Shown: positions 30,601 through 38,069 of the stretch, one piece after another | How the letters are laid out: each line of letters starts with the position of its first letter | How positions within the stretch are numbered: position 1 is the first letter of the stretch | Source: a virus | Taxonomy: Duplodnaviria > Heunggongvirae > Uroviricota > Caudoviricetes | Reading direction: 5' to 3' (one strand) | Virus record (IMG/VR): IMGVR_UViG_3300032167_002310 | DNA length: 63,257 bases | Notes under the pieces: generated by a model | The model's database searches: none | What the model was told of the DNA's origin: nothing | The model's input: the letters and a program-made list of their open reading frames with translations, nothing else | Program-made: the position numbers and the translations under genes

Positions 30601-33600
30601 CCAACAGCCTATGGTATTGCAATGCGTAGTAACCTTGGTGCTCATGGTTATGCAACAGACACTTGGAATACGTATTTCATGATGTCTAATGGCGCAACTC
30701 GTGGTTGGGTATTTAGAAATGGAACTACTAATGTAGCGTCTATTAATGGTCAAGGTTATATTTCAGCTAATAAGCTAAACTTGAATAGAACTGGTGGTAT
30801 AGCCAACGGTCGTATTAGCTGGTACAGCACAACATATAAGACATGGCATGATTATATGTCTAATGTTGTTGCAGGAGGATGCCCAAGTGGTGGAACTCCT
30901 TCAATTCTCGGTGCTGTTAAGACCTGGGCACTTAGAAGCTATATTGAAAATGCAAGTGGACATGGTTGGTTATGGGAGTCTGCCGCAGAATCAAATACTG
31001 GAACTCCTACTCCAAGAATGGCCTTGTCCTCTAATACTGGTAAACTTTACCTCTCCAATGATTTAAATATTATCACTGGAGATACAGATAAATTCGTTCA
31101 TTATTTGTATGACGGAACTGAAGCTAATACAATTGGTGCCTCTTGGAGAGCTGGTGTAAAACAGTCTACCACAGATAATGAATATGTCATTGAATCTGGT
31201 AGCGCAGCAACCACTGCAACTGCTTGGCTCAATGGATTAAAAATTACTCAAGCAACACTTAATGCTACTTTTGGTACTTCTGCTTTAGGTGGTTTAGGTA
31301 TTGCAAATACTTCTGCTACTACTGGTCACGGCATTTCCTTGTATAGCGGAGGTATGAGTGGCAAACCAACTTATGGTTTAATGTTTGCGGGTACGGCAAC
31401 ATTTAAAACTCATGGTTATGTAACTGGCGACTGGGCTACTTACTTCACTATGAATGGTACAGCAAATCGTGGTTGGATTTTCTTGAAAGATGCAAATCCA
31501 GTAGCATCTATTAGTAATGATGGTAAAGCTAACTTTGGAGAGACTTACATTAGAGGTCCTTTAAAGATTGGTGATAATGCGAATGGTGATACGAACTATA
31601 TTGCATTTTATGGAACAACTGGAGATAATCCTGGTTCATTTAATCACGCATATATTGGTGAAAATCTTTGGGGAACCAATGAGCGTAGTGAATTGTTAAT
31701 CTTTAAAGGTAATGATATTGGAACAACTGCTACAGGCCCAGATAGAATTCGTCACGTTGCTGCAGCTCATTTATTCCAAGTTTATACTACCGCTTTAAGT
31801 GGAACTTGGACTACAATTTGTGATTCTACTGTTCCAGTTAGTGTATTTGAAATTAACCAGTCTGGAATCGTAGTAACAGGTGCGACTACAATTAGTGGCA
31901 ATGCCACTGTTGGCGGAACTCTTGATGTAACTGGTAATACAAGTCTTGGTGCTGAATTAAGTGTAACAAGTTATGCTAAATTTAAGCAAGGTAGTGCGGC
32001 TACTGGTCTTAATACTGGTGCAGTGCAAGTGACTGGTGGTATTAGCGTAAGTGCAGCTTCTTATATTGGTGGAGCATTAACTGTAAATAGTACAATTAAT
32101 GCAACTGGTAATGTGACTGCTCCAAGATTTATTGGACTGGCAGATAGAGCAACTTTGATAGACGCAACTCTGTCTGGTACATCTTCTGCAACACATTTAA
32201 CTGCTCATCCAGCAACCGCAGGTCGTGTAGCATTTTATTATAATGTCAATCCATGTACAGGATTATTCACAACAGATAATAATGCTAATTTCTTGATTAC
32301 TCTTAATAAGCACTCTGGTAATTATGATTCTCAATTAGGATTTAGTTCAGATGGAAATATCTATTATAGAAGTTTTAATGGCTCTGCATTAGATACAACA
32401 ACTGGTTGGCAAATGTTACTTACGACTGCAAATGTAACTGGTGAATTAGATGGCCGTTATGTAAATGTCACTGGAGATACTATGTCTGGTGCATTAAAAG
32501 TTCCTAATATTACAATTAGTAGTACTTCAAGTATTGCACATATTCAATTCTCTTGTACTACTTCATACAATTACTTACATGTTCCTTCTACTGAGGGTAA
32601 AATTGCATTTTGTGCAGCTGATAGTTTATCTTTGAAGGGTTCAGCTTTGGTTGTTACTAACACAGGCATTGTTCCTGGAAATAACAATACATTCACTTTA
32701 GGTAGCTCTTCTGCTTATTGGAGTAGGGCTCACTTAGGAGCATTAACAATGTATGGTAATATTACATATGCTAATGGTTCTTATACTGATTATGAAATGA
32801 TTAAGTTTGTTACCGGCACTGGAGATGGTTGTGGTATTGTAATTGGCGGTGGCGGTCTTGCGGTATTTGGCTCAGGCGAGTCTGCAAGTAATTTTGTATC
32901 TGCTGCAGGCTTAGCTGGCAATACTGAAACAACTTATATCACTTCTGATAATGGAATTTATTTTGTAACTAATTGTCAGACTATTGCAGATAGAAATGAA
33001 AGTATTTTTGTTTCTGGTGGACAAATTAGCAGACCTGGAACTTCAACTTCTTGGTATTTAGGAAGAAGTAACGCTCTCTTAAAAATTACTTCTTACTTAG
33101 GATATAATGCTATTTATTCTATGAAAACAACCAATGGAGACTGGTCTTGTGGTGTTTATAGTAGCAATACTTTGTATTGGTCTTATGTTACTGATACTAA
33201 TTTTAATGCGGGTACAAATGAAACTACTGCTCAAATGAGGCTAACTGCTGATGGTTATTTATATGCTACAAGAGTATATAATGCTGTATGGAATGACTAC
33301 GCAGAGTGTAGAAGTGCAGATACAGAAGAGCCAGGTCGAGTTGTTATTGAAGGTAAATTTGGTATTATGACTAAATCTACTAAAAGACTTCAAGCTGGAG
33401 GTAGTATTATATCTGATACGTATGGCACTTCAATGGGAGAAACAGATAATTGCAAAACTCCAGTTGCAGTAGCGGGTCGTGTACTTGCATATCCATATGA
33501 AGATAGATATTCTTATCCTTTGGGTGCGGCGGTATGTACTGGACCAAATGGTACAGTAAGCTTAATGACTCGTGAAGAAATTCGAGAATATCCAGAACGT

Positions 33601-33693
33601 ATTCTTGGAACAGTTTCTGAAATTCCTGAATATGAAGTTTGGGGAAGCGGAAACGTTAAAGTTAATGGAAGAATTTGGATTAAAGTAAAATAA
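27622..33693 (+). CDS. Long tail fiber protein (2023 aa) with the shared N-terminal motif, repeated beta-helix-like modules and a possible C-terminal intramolecular chaperone domain
   Basis: RBS aaggaggtttaaaaattttATG; N-terminus GHIYFTTRTNDEGEVIGSIFYDVDDKRVSMGGG; repeated AGxxxxGAQTFAGxKTF modules and GHLTGSLTGNVTGN motifs; distinct C-terminal ~150 aa. Confidence 0.6.
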   Translation: MATNVKFSTGLEEDLLKLNSDKTYVNKIDNGHIYFTTRTNDEGEVIGSIFYDVDDKRVSMGGGIAEQAKADDMKQNIADTYVTRISSEGTKYASTDGVTITTYNGRNVALDTIMLPVASANRAGTVIAGAQTFAGNKTFNNNILFPNVSTGISSGIRWTVGDSDGARIITGATASDAGYLEIAVKSDGNEPIYVRQYSGDFATLVRTLTLLDASGNTIIPGSLLPTAKDTKDLGSETYRWNNAYIKNVQADTLSGHLTGSLTGNVTGNVTGHASLDLPLAGGTMTGDITFKAIASWPAASGETYPIKSKGLKWSGSSDTAAIYYQVDGADSGHLYISMGDDDAASVKFAKSGIAHTIFDSAGKLYPVTNDTGYIGTSSNKFKAIYATNFYGIIEKAYQDESGNNIKATYAATLKNHAHDGNGWSFRLLNKNGAALADALTIPGATAEKAGLITTGAQTFAGKKTFNGQVVIANTTDAAKATANSGALIVGNPSGEHLAIDGNEIMAKASGTTVRALLFQLDGGETKFGGSVLPYTTDTHSLGTEALAWKEAHIGEIYGHLTGSLTGNVTGNATSASKLLTARKIILGNDLQGSVSFDGTKDVTISAASYSASIGGGNKANYPWHRIATTGANAVTSIYNDKDIVIVIRHSYNNGGYGIAKVSMRTNNASGGATANCTITWLVRYNIAEDALQAGFRNTAADSYADLFYKCNTYPRATVYQLQGNRAWTLISSTEASDTTTTDKKTSSEAYATIAAAATELGRTYTHTIVAEDGGIIGKAYMDESGNNIKASYLASIQQVTSDKDTFTFRGYNKNNAAMNNLIIIPAATASGTDQTKWKAGLVTSQAQTWAGDKTFTGNIIIAHTASTDMTASSTNPKITFSEGGTHQPVHLIYTDYDGYRSPAGLKVIGGTSATPAWFEVEGALFVGGASTLNGNVSIKGNIMPQVDNTYVIGDLNAKWKDIYSTTAHVYNTLYVNTSTTGTVGGIALHGTVDPTAYGIAMRSNLGAHGYATDTWNTYFMMSNGATRGWVFRNGTTNVASINGQGYISANKLNLNRTGGIANGRISWYSTTYKTWHDYMSNVVAGGCPSGGTPSILGAVKTWALRSYIENASGHGWLWESAAESNTGTPTPRMALSSNTGKLYLSNDLNIITGDTDKFVHYLYDGTEANTIGASWRAGVKQSTTDNEYVIESGSAATTATAWLNGLKITQATLNATFGTSALGGLGIANTSATTGHGISLYSGGMSGKPTYGLMFAGTATFKTHGYVTGDWATYFTMNGTANRGWIFLKDANPVASISNDGKANFGETYIRGPLKIGDNANGDTNYIAFYGTTGDNPGSFNHAYIGENLWGTNERSELLIFKGNDIGTTATGPDRIRHVAAAHLFQVYTTALSGTWTTICDSTVPVSVFEINQSGIVVTGATTISGNATVGGTLDVTGNTSLGAELSVTSYAKFKQGSAATGLNTGAVQVTGGISVSAASYIGGALTVNSTINATGNVTAPRFIGLADRATLIDATLSGTSSATHLTAHPATAGRVAFYYNVNPCTGLFTTDNNANFLITLNKHSGNYDSQLGFSSDGNIYYRSFNGSALDTTTGWQMLLTTANVTGELDGRYVNVTGDTMSGALKVPNITISSTSSIAHIQFSCTTSYNYLHVPSTEGKIAFCAADSLSLKGSALVVTNTGIVPGNNNTFTLGSSSAYWSRAHLGALTMYGNITYANGSYTDYEMIKFVTGTGDGCGIVIGGGGLAVFGSGESASNFVSAAGLAGNTETTYITSDNGIYFVTNCQTIADRNESIFVSGGQISRPGTSTSWYLGRSNALLKITSYLGYNAIYSMKTTNGDWSCGVYSSNTLYWSYVTDTNFNAGTNETTAQMRLTADGYLYATRVYNAVWNDYAECRSADTEEPGRVVIEGKFGIMTKSTKRLQAGGSIISDTYGTSMGETDNCKTPVAVAGRVLAYPYEDRYSYPLGAAVCTGPNGTVSLMTREEIREYPERILGTVSEIPEYEVWGSGNVKVNGRIWIKVK

Positions 33694-33694
33694 G

Positions 33695-33722
33695 TTAGAG
33701 AGCTTTCGGGCTCTCTAATTTG
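33695..33722 (+). terminator. Terminator hairpin after the 2023-aa fiber gene
   Basis: ttagagagc / gctctctaa 9-bp stem with tttcgg loop, immediately before the -35 of the next promoter. Confidence 0.6.
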
Positions 33723-33748
33723 ACAATCCAATTTTTTTATGATATAAT
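33720..33748 (+). promoter_or_regulatory. Consensus sigma-70/sigma-A promoter (TTGACA-N17-TATAAT)
   Basis: TTGACA at 33720-33725, 17-nt spacer, TATAAT at 33743-33748, then RBS ggaggg at 33761-33766 and ATG at 33774. Confidence 0.75.
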
Positions 33749-33773
33749 ATAATTAAAATAGGAGGGTTATAAT

Positions 33774-34118
33774 ATGGTAAAATACTATTTAGTAATCAAT
33801 GACAATGCTGAAAAATCTTATCTTATTGGTCGTTTCAATGAAATGATTTTACCAGATATGAAGCGTCAGTTATCTGTCACACTTTATCATGAAGACTCTT
33901 TAAATGGAGATTCTATTTTAGTTGATTTAGCTGTTTACCAAGCTGAAAACAGTCTTACTAAAATTGCTATTAAAGATGCAAACGATAAGACGATTTATGA
34001 ATCAACTAATTACTCAAGATTAAATTCTTGCACTGCAAGCTTGCATAATATTACTGACCCAGAAGATGATTTTACTGGTATGGAGTATACAATCGGCGCA
34101 GAGGCAAGTATTGATTAA
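33774..34118 (+). CDS. Hypothetical protein (114 aa), first gene of a promoter-driven small cassette
   Basis: Directly downstream of the perfect promoter and RBS; no recognisable motif. Confidence 0.45.
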   Translation: MVKYYLVINDNAEKSYLIGRFNEMILPDMKRQLSVTLYHEDSLNGDSILVDLAVYQAENSLTKIAIKDANDKTIYESTNYSRLNSCTASLHNITDPEDDFTGMEYTIGAEASID

Positions 34119-34130
34119 GGAGGATAAATC

Positions 34131-34535
34131 ATGGATTGGTTAGCATTATTATCTGATATTTTTGAAGTTTGTGTGCTTCCTCTTCTTGGCGTTTTAACAA
34201 TGTATATTGTTAAGTTTATCCAGGTTAAGAGCGCAGAAATCACTGGTAAGGTTGATAATGACCTCGCAGATAAGTACATCAATATGCTTGCTGTCACCAT
34301 TGAAAACTGTGTAATTGCTACAAACCAAACCTATGTTGAAGCACTTAAGCAGGCTGGCAAATTTGATGCTGAAGCTCAGAAGACCGCATTTAATATGACA
34401 AAGAATGCCGTTATGGCAATTCTTAGCGACGAAGCTAAGAAATATCTTGAGAATGCGGTTGGCGACTTAAATGAATATATTACTCAACAGATTGAAGCTG
34501 CTGTTAATATTAACAAGCCTGCAAAAGCTCAATAA
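34131..34535 (+). CDS. Small membrane protein with one N-terminal TM helix (134 aa); holin-like or membrane-targeted
   Basis: Hydrophobic segment VCVLPLLGVLTMYIV followed by a helical soluble domain; RBS aggaggataaatcATG; ends at the bidirectional terminator. Confidence 0.4.
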   Translation: MDWLALLSDIFEVCVLPLLGVLTMYIVKFIQVKSAEITGKVDNDLADKYINMLAVTIENCVIATNQTYVEALKQAGKFDAEAQKTAFNMTKNAVMAILSDEAKKYLENAVGDLNEYITQQIEAAVNINKPAKAQ

Positions 34536-34592
34536 AAACAAAAAAGGGGAGACCTTAGTAATTTCTTACTAAGGTCTCCCCTATTTTTTTTA
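34536..34592. terminator. Bidirectional rho-independent terminator at the convergence of + and - strand modules
   Basis: Perfect 13-bp stem ggggagaccttag / ctaaggtctcccc (34546-34558 / 34569-34581) flanked by an A-run upstream and a T-run downstream. Confidence 0.85.
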
Positions 34593-35096
34593 TTTTTCTG
34601 GTGCATGGTCAACAACATCAAGTTCAATTACTTTTTCGTAATATTCTTGTGCTTGACCATTGCCACCTAAGCCATGATATAATTTATACATTTCTGTAAT
34701 TTGCTCAAAATCGGAGGTAGTAATCCAGCCATCACGAAGATGTGTTTTACAAAGTTGGATAAGTCTAAATTTATAAGAATTGATAATCAATTCCAAATTC
34801 TTATCATTCTTTTGCGTAACTTTTTCCAAATCTTTATACATTTCTGCGTGGGTCTTATCTGCTTCTCTTTGAGCATTATGTAAGCCTTTTTCTAAGTCAT
34901 CTTTCACAACTTTTAATTCTTTGATGATTGGCTCAATTTCATCTAAAATCATTTGTCTGTGAAGACGTGTCAAATCTTCCTGTTTACGTTTCTCTAATTC
35001 TTTCTTTTGTGACCAAAGGGATTTGCAGAATGCAAGTAGGCCCGCAGAAACTAAACCGAAGAAGATTTCAAGACCATATTCGGTTAAAATCTCCAT
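34590..35096 (-). CDS. Membrane-anchored coiled-coil protein (168 aa)
   Basis: N-terminal TM (LEIFFGLVSAGLLAF), then a long charged coiled coil; RBS ggagg upstream on the - strand. Confidence 0.45.
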   Translation of the reverse strand: MEILTEYGLEIFFGLVSAGLLAFCKSLWSQKKELEKRKQEDLTRLHRQMILDEIEPIIKELKVVKDDLEKGLHNAQREADKTHAEMYKDLEKVTQKNDKNLELIINSYKFRLIQLCKTHLRDGWITTSDFEQITEMYKLYHGLGGNGQAQEYYEKVIELDVVDHAPEK

Positions 35097-35106
35097 AATA
35101 AAAAAC

Positions 35107-35154
35107 CTCCATTCAAATTCCTAACCTCTATAGAGATTTAAAAGTTGAATGGAG
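35107..35154 (-). promoter_or_regulatory. 10-bp inverted repeat (ctccattcaa ... ttgaatggag) enclosing the palindrome CTCTATAGAG; overlaps the RBS of the 168-aa gene
   Basis: Arms at 35107-35116 and 35145-35154; internal perfect palindrome at 35126-35135; the left arm contains the cctcc complement of the GGAGG RBS. Confidence 0.4.
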
Positions 35155-35163
35155 ATTATTTGC

Positions 35164-35673
35164 TTAATCCGCCCAATCAAATCCATCACTCACAGTTGTT
35201 CCAACTCCTGGTCGTTTCAAACAATGAGTTCCAATGCAAATTGCATCGCAGACGTCTTGAATGGCCTTTACATTATATGTTTTCAATACATATTCTTGTG
35301 CATTTTTCTTTTGTTCAGGTCTGGTGCGGCCTTTAATACCAAGAGTAGATTTCCAAGTACCAGCCATCACAATTGTATATTTCATCTTTTTCTCTTGGAG
35401 TGTTTCAGCGATTACACCAAAAACTTCGGACAGGACTTTAAAGGTTTGAACATTATTTGCGACATTTCCTTGCATCTGAATATCTTCAAATGCAACTTCA
35501 TCAATATCGTACTCTTGGATAAGTTCAATTACCTTTGCGCGGATTTTAACAAGGCGCTCCGCGATTACATCATCATTGAAAGTGAACTTACCATAATTGA
35601 CAAGCTCACCATCTTTAAAGACCGCATAACCTGAAGTTACGCTCGCTTGGTCAATTGCTAATAGATTGGACAT
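35164..35673 (-). CDS. RuvC-like Holliday junction resolvase
   Basis: N-terminal LAIDQASVTSGYAV (RuvC motif GIDPG..TGWAV-like), acidic DIDEVAFEDIQ segment, size 169 aa typical of phage RuvC. Confidence 0.6.
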   Translation of the reverse strand: MSNLLAIDQASVTSGYAVFKDGELVNYGKFTFNDDVIAERLVKIRAKVIELIQEYDIDEVAFEDIQMQGNVANNVQTFKVLSEVFGVIAETLQEKKMKYTIVMAGTWKSTLGIKGRTRPEQKKNAQEYVLKTYNVKAIQDVCDAICIGTHCLKRPGVGTTVSDGFDWAD

Positions 35674-36248
35674 TACGTCGCTGGAGCCATAGCGGATTCA
35701 TCAGAATGACCCATAGTGGTGGAGCCAAATCCGCCTGTGCGAAACCCTTCTGCATTATCGTCTTCAGTTTTGAAGTAGTTCTTAATAATTCCCTGTCCAA
35801 TGGCCTCGCCCTTTTGAATTTTGATAGGAAAAGGACTCATATTATATAACTGGAAGAAAATTTCACCCTCATTGTCAGGATTATCATAGTAGTCAGCATC
35901 AATAATACCAACACTATTAGCCATCATAACCCAATATTTTAAAGGAGAAGAGCTACGAACACTCAATTCCAAATACTGGTTAGGAGCAAGTTTACATTTC
36001 ATACCAGTAGAAACAAGAGTTGGTTTTGTGCCTAACTTCTTAGTTAAAGCAGCCATCTCATCAATAGTTCTTACTTCATTATCCATAGGAGAAGTTTCTC
36101 CTAACATAGTTGAAAATAATACATCATATGGAGGAATAATAATGTCCTCTGCGGCAACCATGTCATAACCTGCGGCATGTGCAGTCTTTCTGACCGGCAT
36201 AGCGATGTCCGCATCTGCAAATCTGCTAACTTTCTCAAATTTTGCCAT
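35673..36248 (-). CDS. dut: dUTP diphosphatase (dUTPase)
   Basis: RKTAHAAGYDM (dUTPase motifs I/II) and C-terminal FRTGGFGSTTMGH (motif V). Confidence 0.75.
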   Translation of the reverse strand: MAKFEKVSRFADADIAMPVRKTAHAAGYDMVAAEDIIIPPYDVLFSTMLGETSPMDNEVRTIDEMAALTKKLGTKPTLVSTGMKCKLAPNQYLELSVRSSSPLKYWVMMANSVGIIDADYYDNPDNEGEIFFQLYNMSPFPIKIQKGEAIGQGIIKNYFKTEDDNAEGFRTGGFGSTTMGHSDESAMAPAT

Positions 36249-36249
36249 A

Positions 36250-36492
36250 TTAGTTTACCTCGTACCCAATATCAACAACTGTGCAAGGGTCTTTCTCTTC
36301 ATTGAAAACTTTCTTAATAGAAACCTGATACCACTCGTCAATAATTTCACCCTTCTGCTTTGTACACTTGTACTTATAGCTAAAAGATGCTAACTCATAA
36401 CGACCGTCAGTTTTTACTTCCTCTTGGAGGGCTTCAACCTCCTCGATGCTTCCTACTCTAAATACTTCTGTTGTGTTTACTAAATATTTCAT
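36250..36492 (-). CDS. Hypothetical protein (80 aa)
   Basis: ORF coupled within the early operon. Confidence 0.35.
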   Translation of the reverse strand: MKYLVNTTEVFRVGSIEEVEALQEEVKTDGRYELASFSYKYKCTKQKGEIIDEWYQVSIKKVFNEEKDPCTVVDIGYEVN

Positions 36493-36755
36493 TACTCAAT
36501 TACCTCGACTTCAATAGTATTATTTTTATACATAAACGCATTACATACTCTTACATCATCTGCAATACTTTCAGCATAAGATGCATTTCCTGCAATCTTC
36601 ACAGAGAAGACTTGATTATCGTTACAAAGAGTTGCGATTGTATGACCGAGTTCACTCATCTCAACGCTCGCAAGTTCAGAGGAAGCAACATCATCGACCA
36701 ACTGGATAGTCTGCTTTGCATCGAATAGGTTTAATCTACAATAAATTACTGGCAT
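36492..36755 (-). CDS. Hypothetical protein (87 aa)
   Basis: ORF coupled within the early operon. Confidence 0.35.
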   Translation of the reverse strand: MPVIYCRLNLFDAKQTIQLVDDVASSELASVEMSELGHTIATLCNDNQVFSVKIAGNASYAESIADDVRVCNAFMYKNNTIEVEVIE

Positions 36756-37255
36756 AAAACAACGCCCCTTCCATAATCGAAGAAATACATTACATATGCT
36801 TCGCCTTCAGATACAATCCAAATTTCAATAGCCTGACCATCCTCAGACTCTTCAACAGATTTAATTTCACCGACATAAGACAAGCAATCCATAATTGCAT
36901 CTACGATATTTTCTTCATACTTTTGGTCTCGCGCAAACATTGTGAAATATCTTAAATCATAACACAATAGCATATAGTAATCATCACTATGGTCAAGACC
37001 ATTTACATAGTGAGATAAAGTCAATCTCGCTTCTTCCAAATCTGTGCCACTTAGTGTAGGCAGTTGCGCAATTACTTGCTTGTTTACCTCATAAAGTGAG
37101 AGGCCGACACCAGTGGTCTTTGGGTCGAGAACAACCCATTGACCATCGTGCCATACACGATACTCCTTGATATCTTCAATCCAGGCGATTTCGTTTTCCT
37201 CGTGATTTTGGAGAGCGTACAATGAATTCATATTAGGTATTCTAATTAAGTTCAT
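36746..37255 (-). CDS. Hypothetical protein (169 aa)
   Basis: ORF downstream of nrdG; no motif recognised. Confidence 0.4.
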   Translation of the reverse strand: MNLIRIPNMNSLYALQNHEENEIAWIEDIKEYRVWHDGQWVVLDPKTTGVGLSLYEVNKQVIAQLPTLSGTDLEEARLTLSHYVNGLDHSDDYYMLLCYDLRYFTMFARDQKYEENIVDAIMDCLSYVGEIKSVEESEDGQAIEIWIVSEGEAYVMYFFDYGRGVVLCQ

Positions 37256-37282
37256 TATTATTCTCCTTTTTCACTTCATTAC

Positions 37283-37780
37283 TTACATTATATCATTTTT
37301 TCTCATTTTTGTCAAATCAATAATGCGTTGATTTGAGCTTCCCCTCATTTCAAGAGTAATATTTCTACACTCTTCCATGTAGGGCCCATCAATCAATACA
37401 TCAGCTACTTTAAGTAGCATCATTGTATGTTTGTTATTTTGTGCGACAAGGTCTTCATATGTATAACCGGTCCACACATAGATTTTTGCTTCTGGGACTT
37501 TTTCCTTTACAGTAGAGACGATGAGATATGAGAGGAAGATATTTTCGGGACACAGTGGTTCTCCGCCCATAAGGCAGAAATTTCGCTGAATTCCTTGAGC
37601 AGTCAGACCTTCAACAATCTTGTCAAGAATGTCTGGTGTAAACTCTTTTCCTCCTTGGAAATCCCAGGTCTCTGGGTTGTGGCAACCCTTACATCTGTGC
37701 GGGCAGCCTTGAGAGAAAAATGTTACACTAACTCCCGGAGCAGCCGCCATGTCATTATATAATATTCCACTATATTGCAT
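37283..37780 (-). CDS. nrdG: Anaerobic ribonucleotide reductase activating protein (radical SAM)
   Basis: GCPHRCKGCHNPETW (CxxxCxxC radical-SAM cluster in NrdG context), 165 aa, immediately downstream of nrdD. Confidence 0.85.
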   Translation of the reverse strand: MQYSGILYNDMAAAPGVSVTFFSQGCPHRCKGCHNPETWDFQGGKEFTPDILDKIVEGLTAQGIQRNFCLMGGEPLCPENIFLSYLIVSTVKEKVPEAKIYVWTGYTYEDLVAQNNKHTMMLLKVADVLIDGPYMEECRNITLEMRGSSNQRIIDLTKMRKNDIM

Positions 37781-37814
37781 TTCGTAAACTCCTTTGTAAT
37801 TTTCTGGTGCTGTA

Positions 37815-37848
37815 TTGCTCTGTAGTAAACACTACAGAGCAAATTTTT
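37815..37848 (+). other. Strong 12-bp hairpin between the zinc-ribbon ORF and nrdG; T-run lies on the + (antisense) side
   Basis: ttgctctgtagt / actacagagcaa (37815-37826 / 37831-37842), loop aaac, followed on the + strand by attttt. Confidence 0.5.
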
Positions 37849-37850
37849 AA

Positions 37851-38069
37851 TCAGCTGAGGGTATTTTCACCGTCGACTAAATAAACGAGGTAATTTTTCT
37901 TGCGGCATTCTGGGCAAGTAATATATTCCATTTCTACAGAATGTAACTCACCAAAAACGTCATCAAGACGAGATTCCTTTTTTATATCAGCCTTAGTATA
38001 TCCCAGGATTGCGCGACAACGGTCGCATCCTCGTTCTACATATGTTTCTCCATGTCGAATTACAATCAT
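37851..38069 (-). CDS. Small zinc-ribbon protein (72 aa)
   Basis: Two CxxC pairs (CDRC ... CPEC); start overlaps the nrdD stop. Confidence 0.4.
   Translation of the reverse strand: MIVIRHGETYVERGCDRCRAILGYTKADIKKESRLDDVFGELHSVEMEYITCPECRKKNYLVYLVDGENTLS

Noticed and set aside
35149-35634. 161-aa + strand ORF overlapping the RuvC-like gene
   Set aside because: The - strand protein shows a coherent RuvC-like motif set. The + strand translation is hydrophobic and Cys-rich junk with no RBS.
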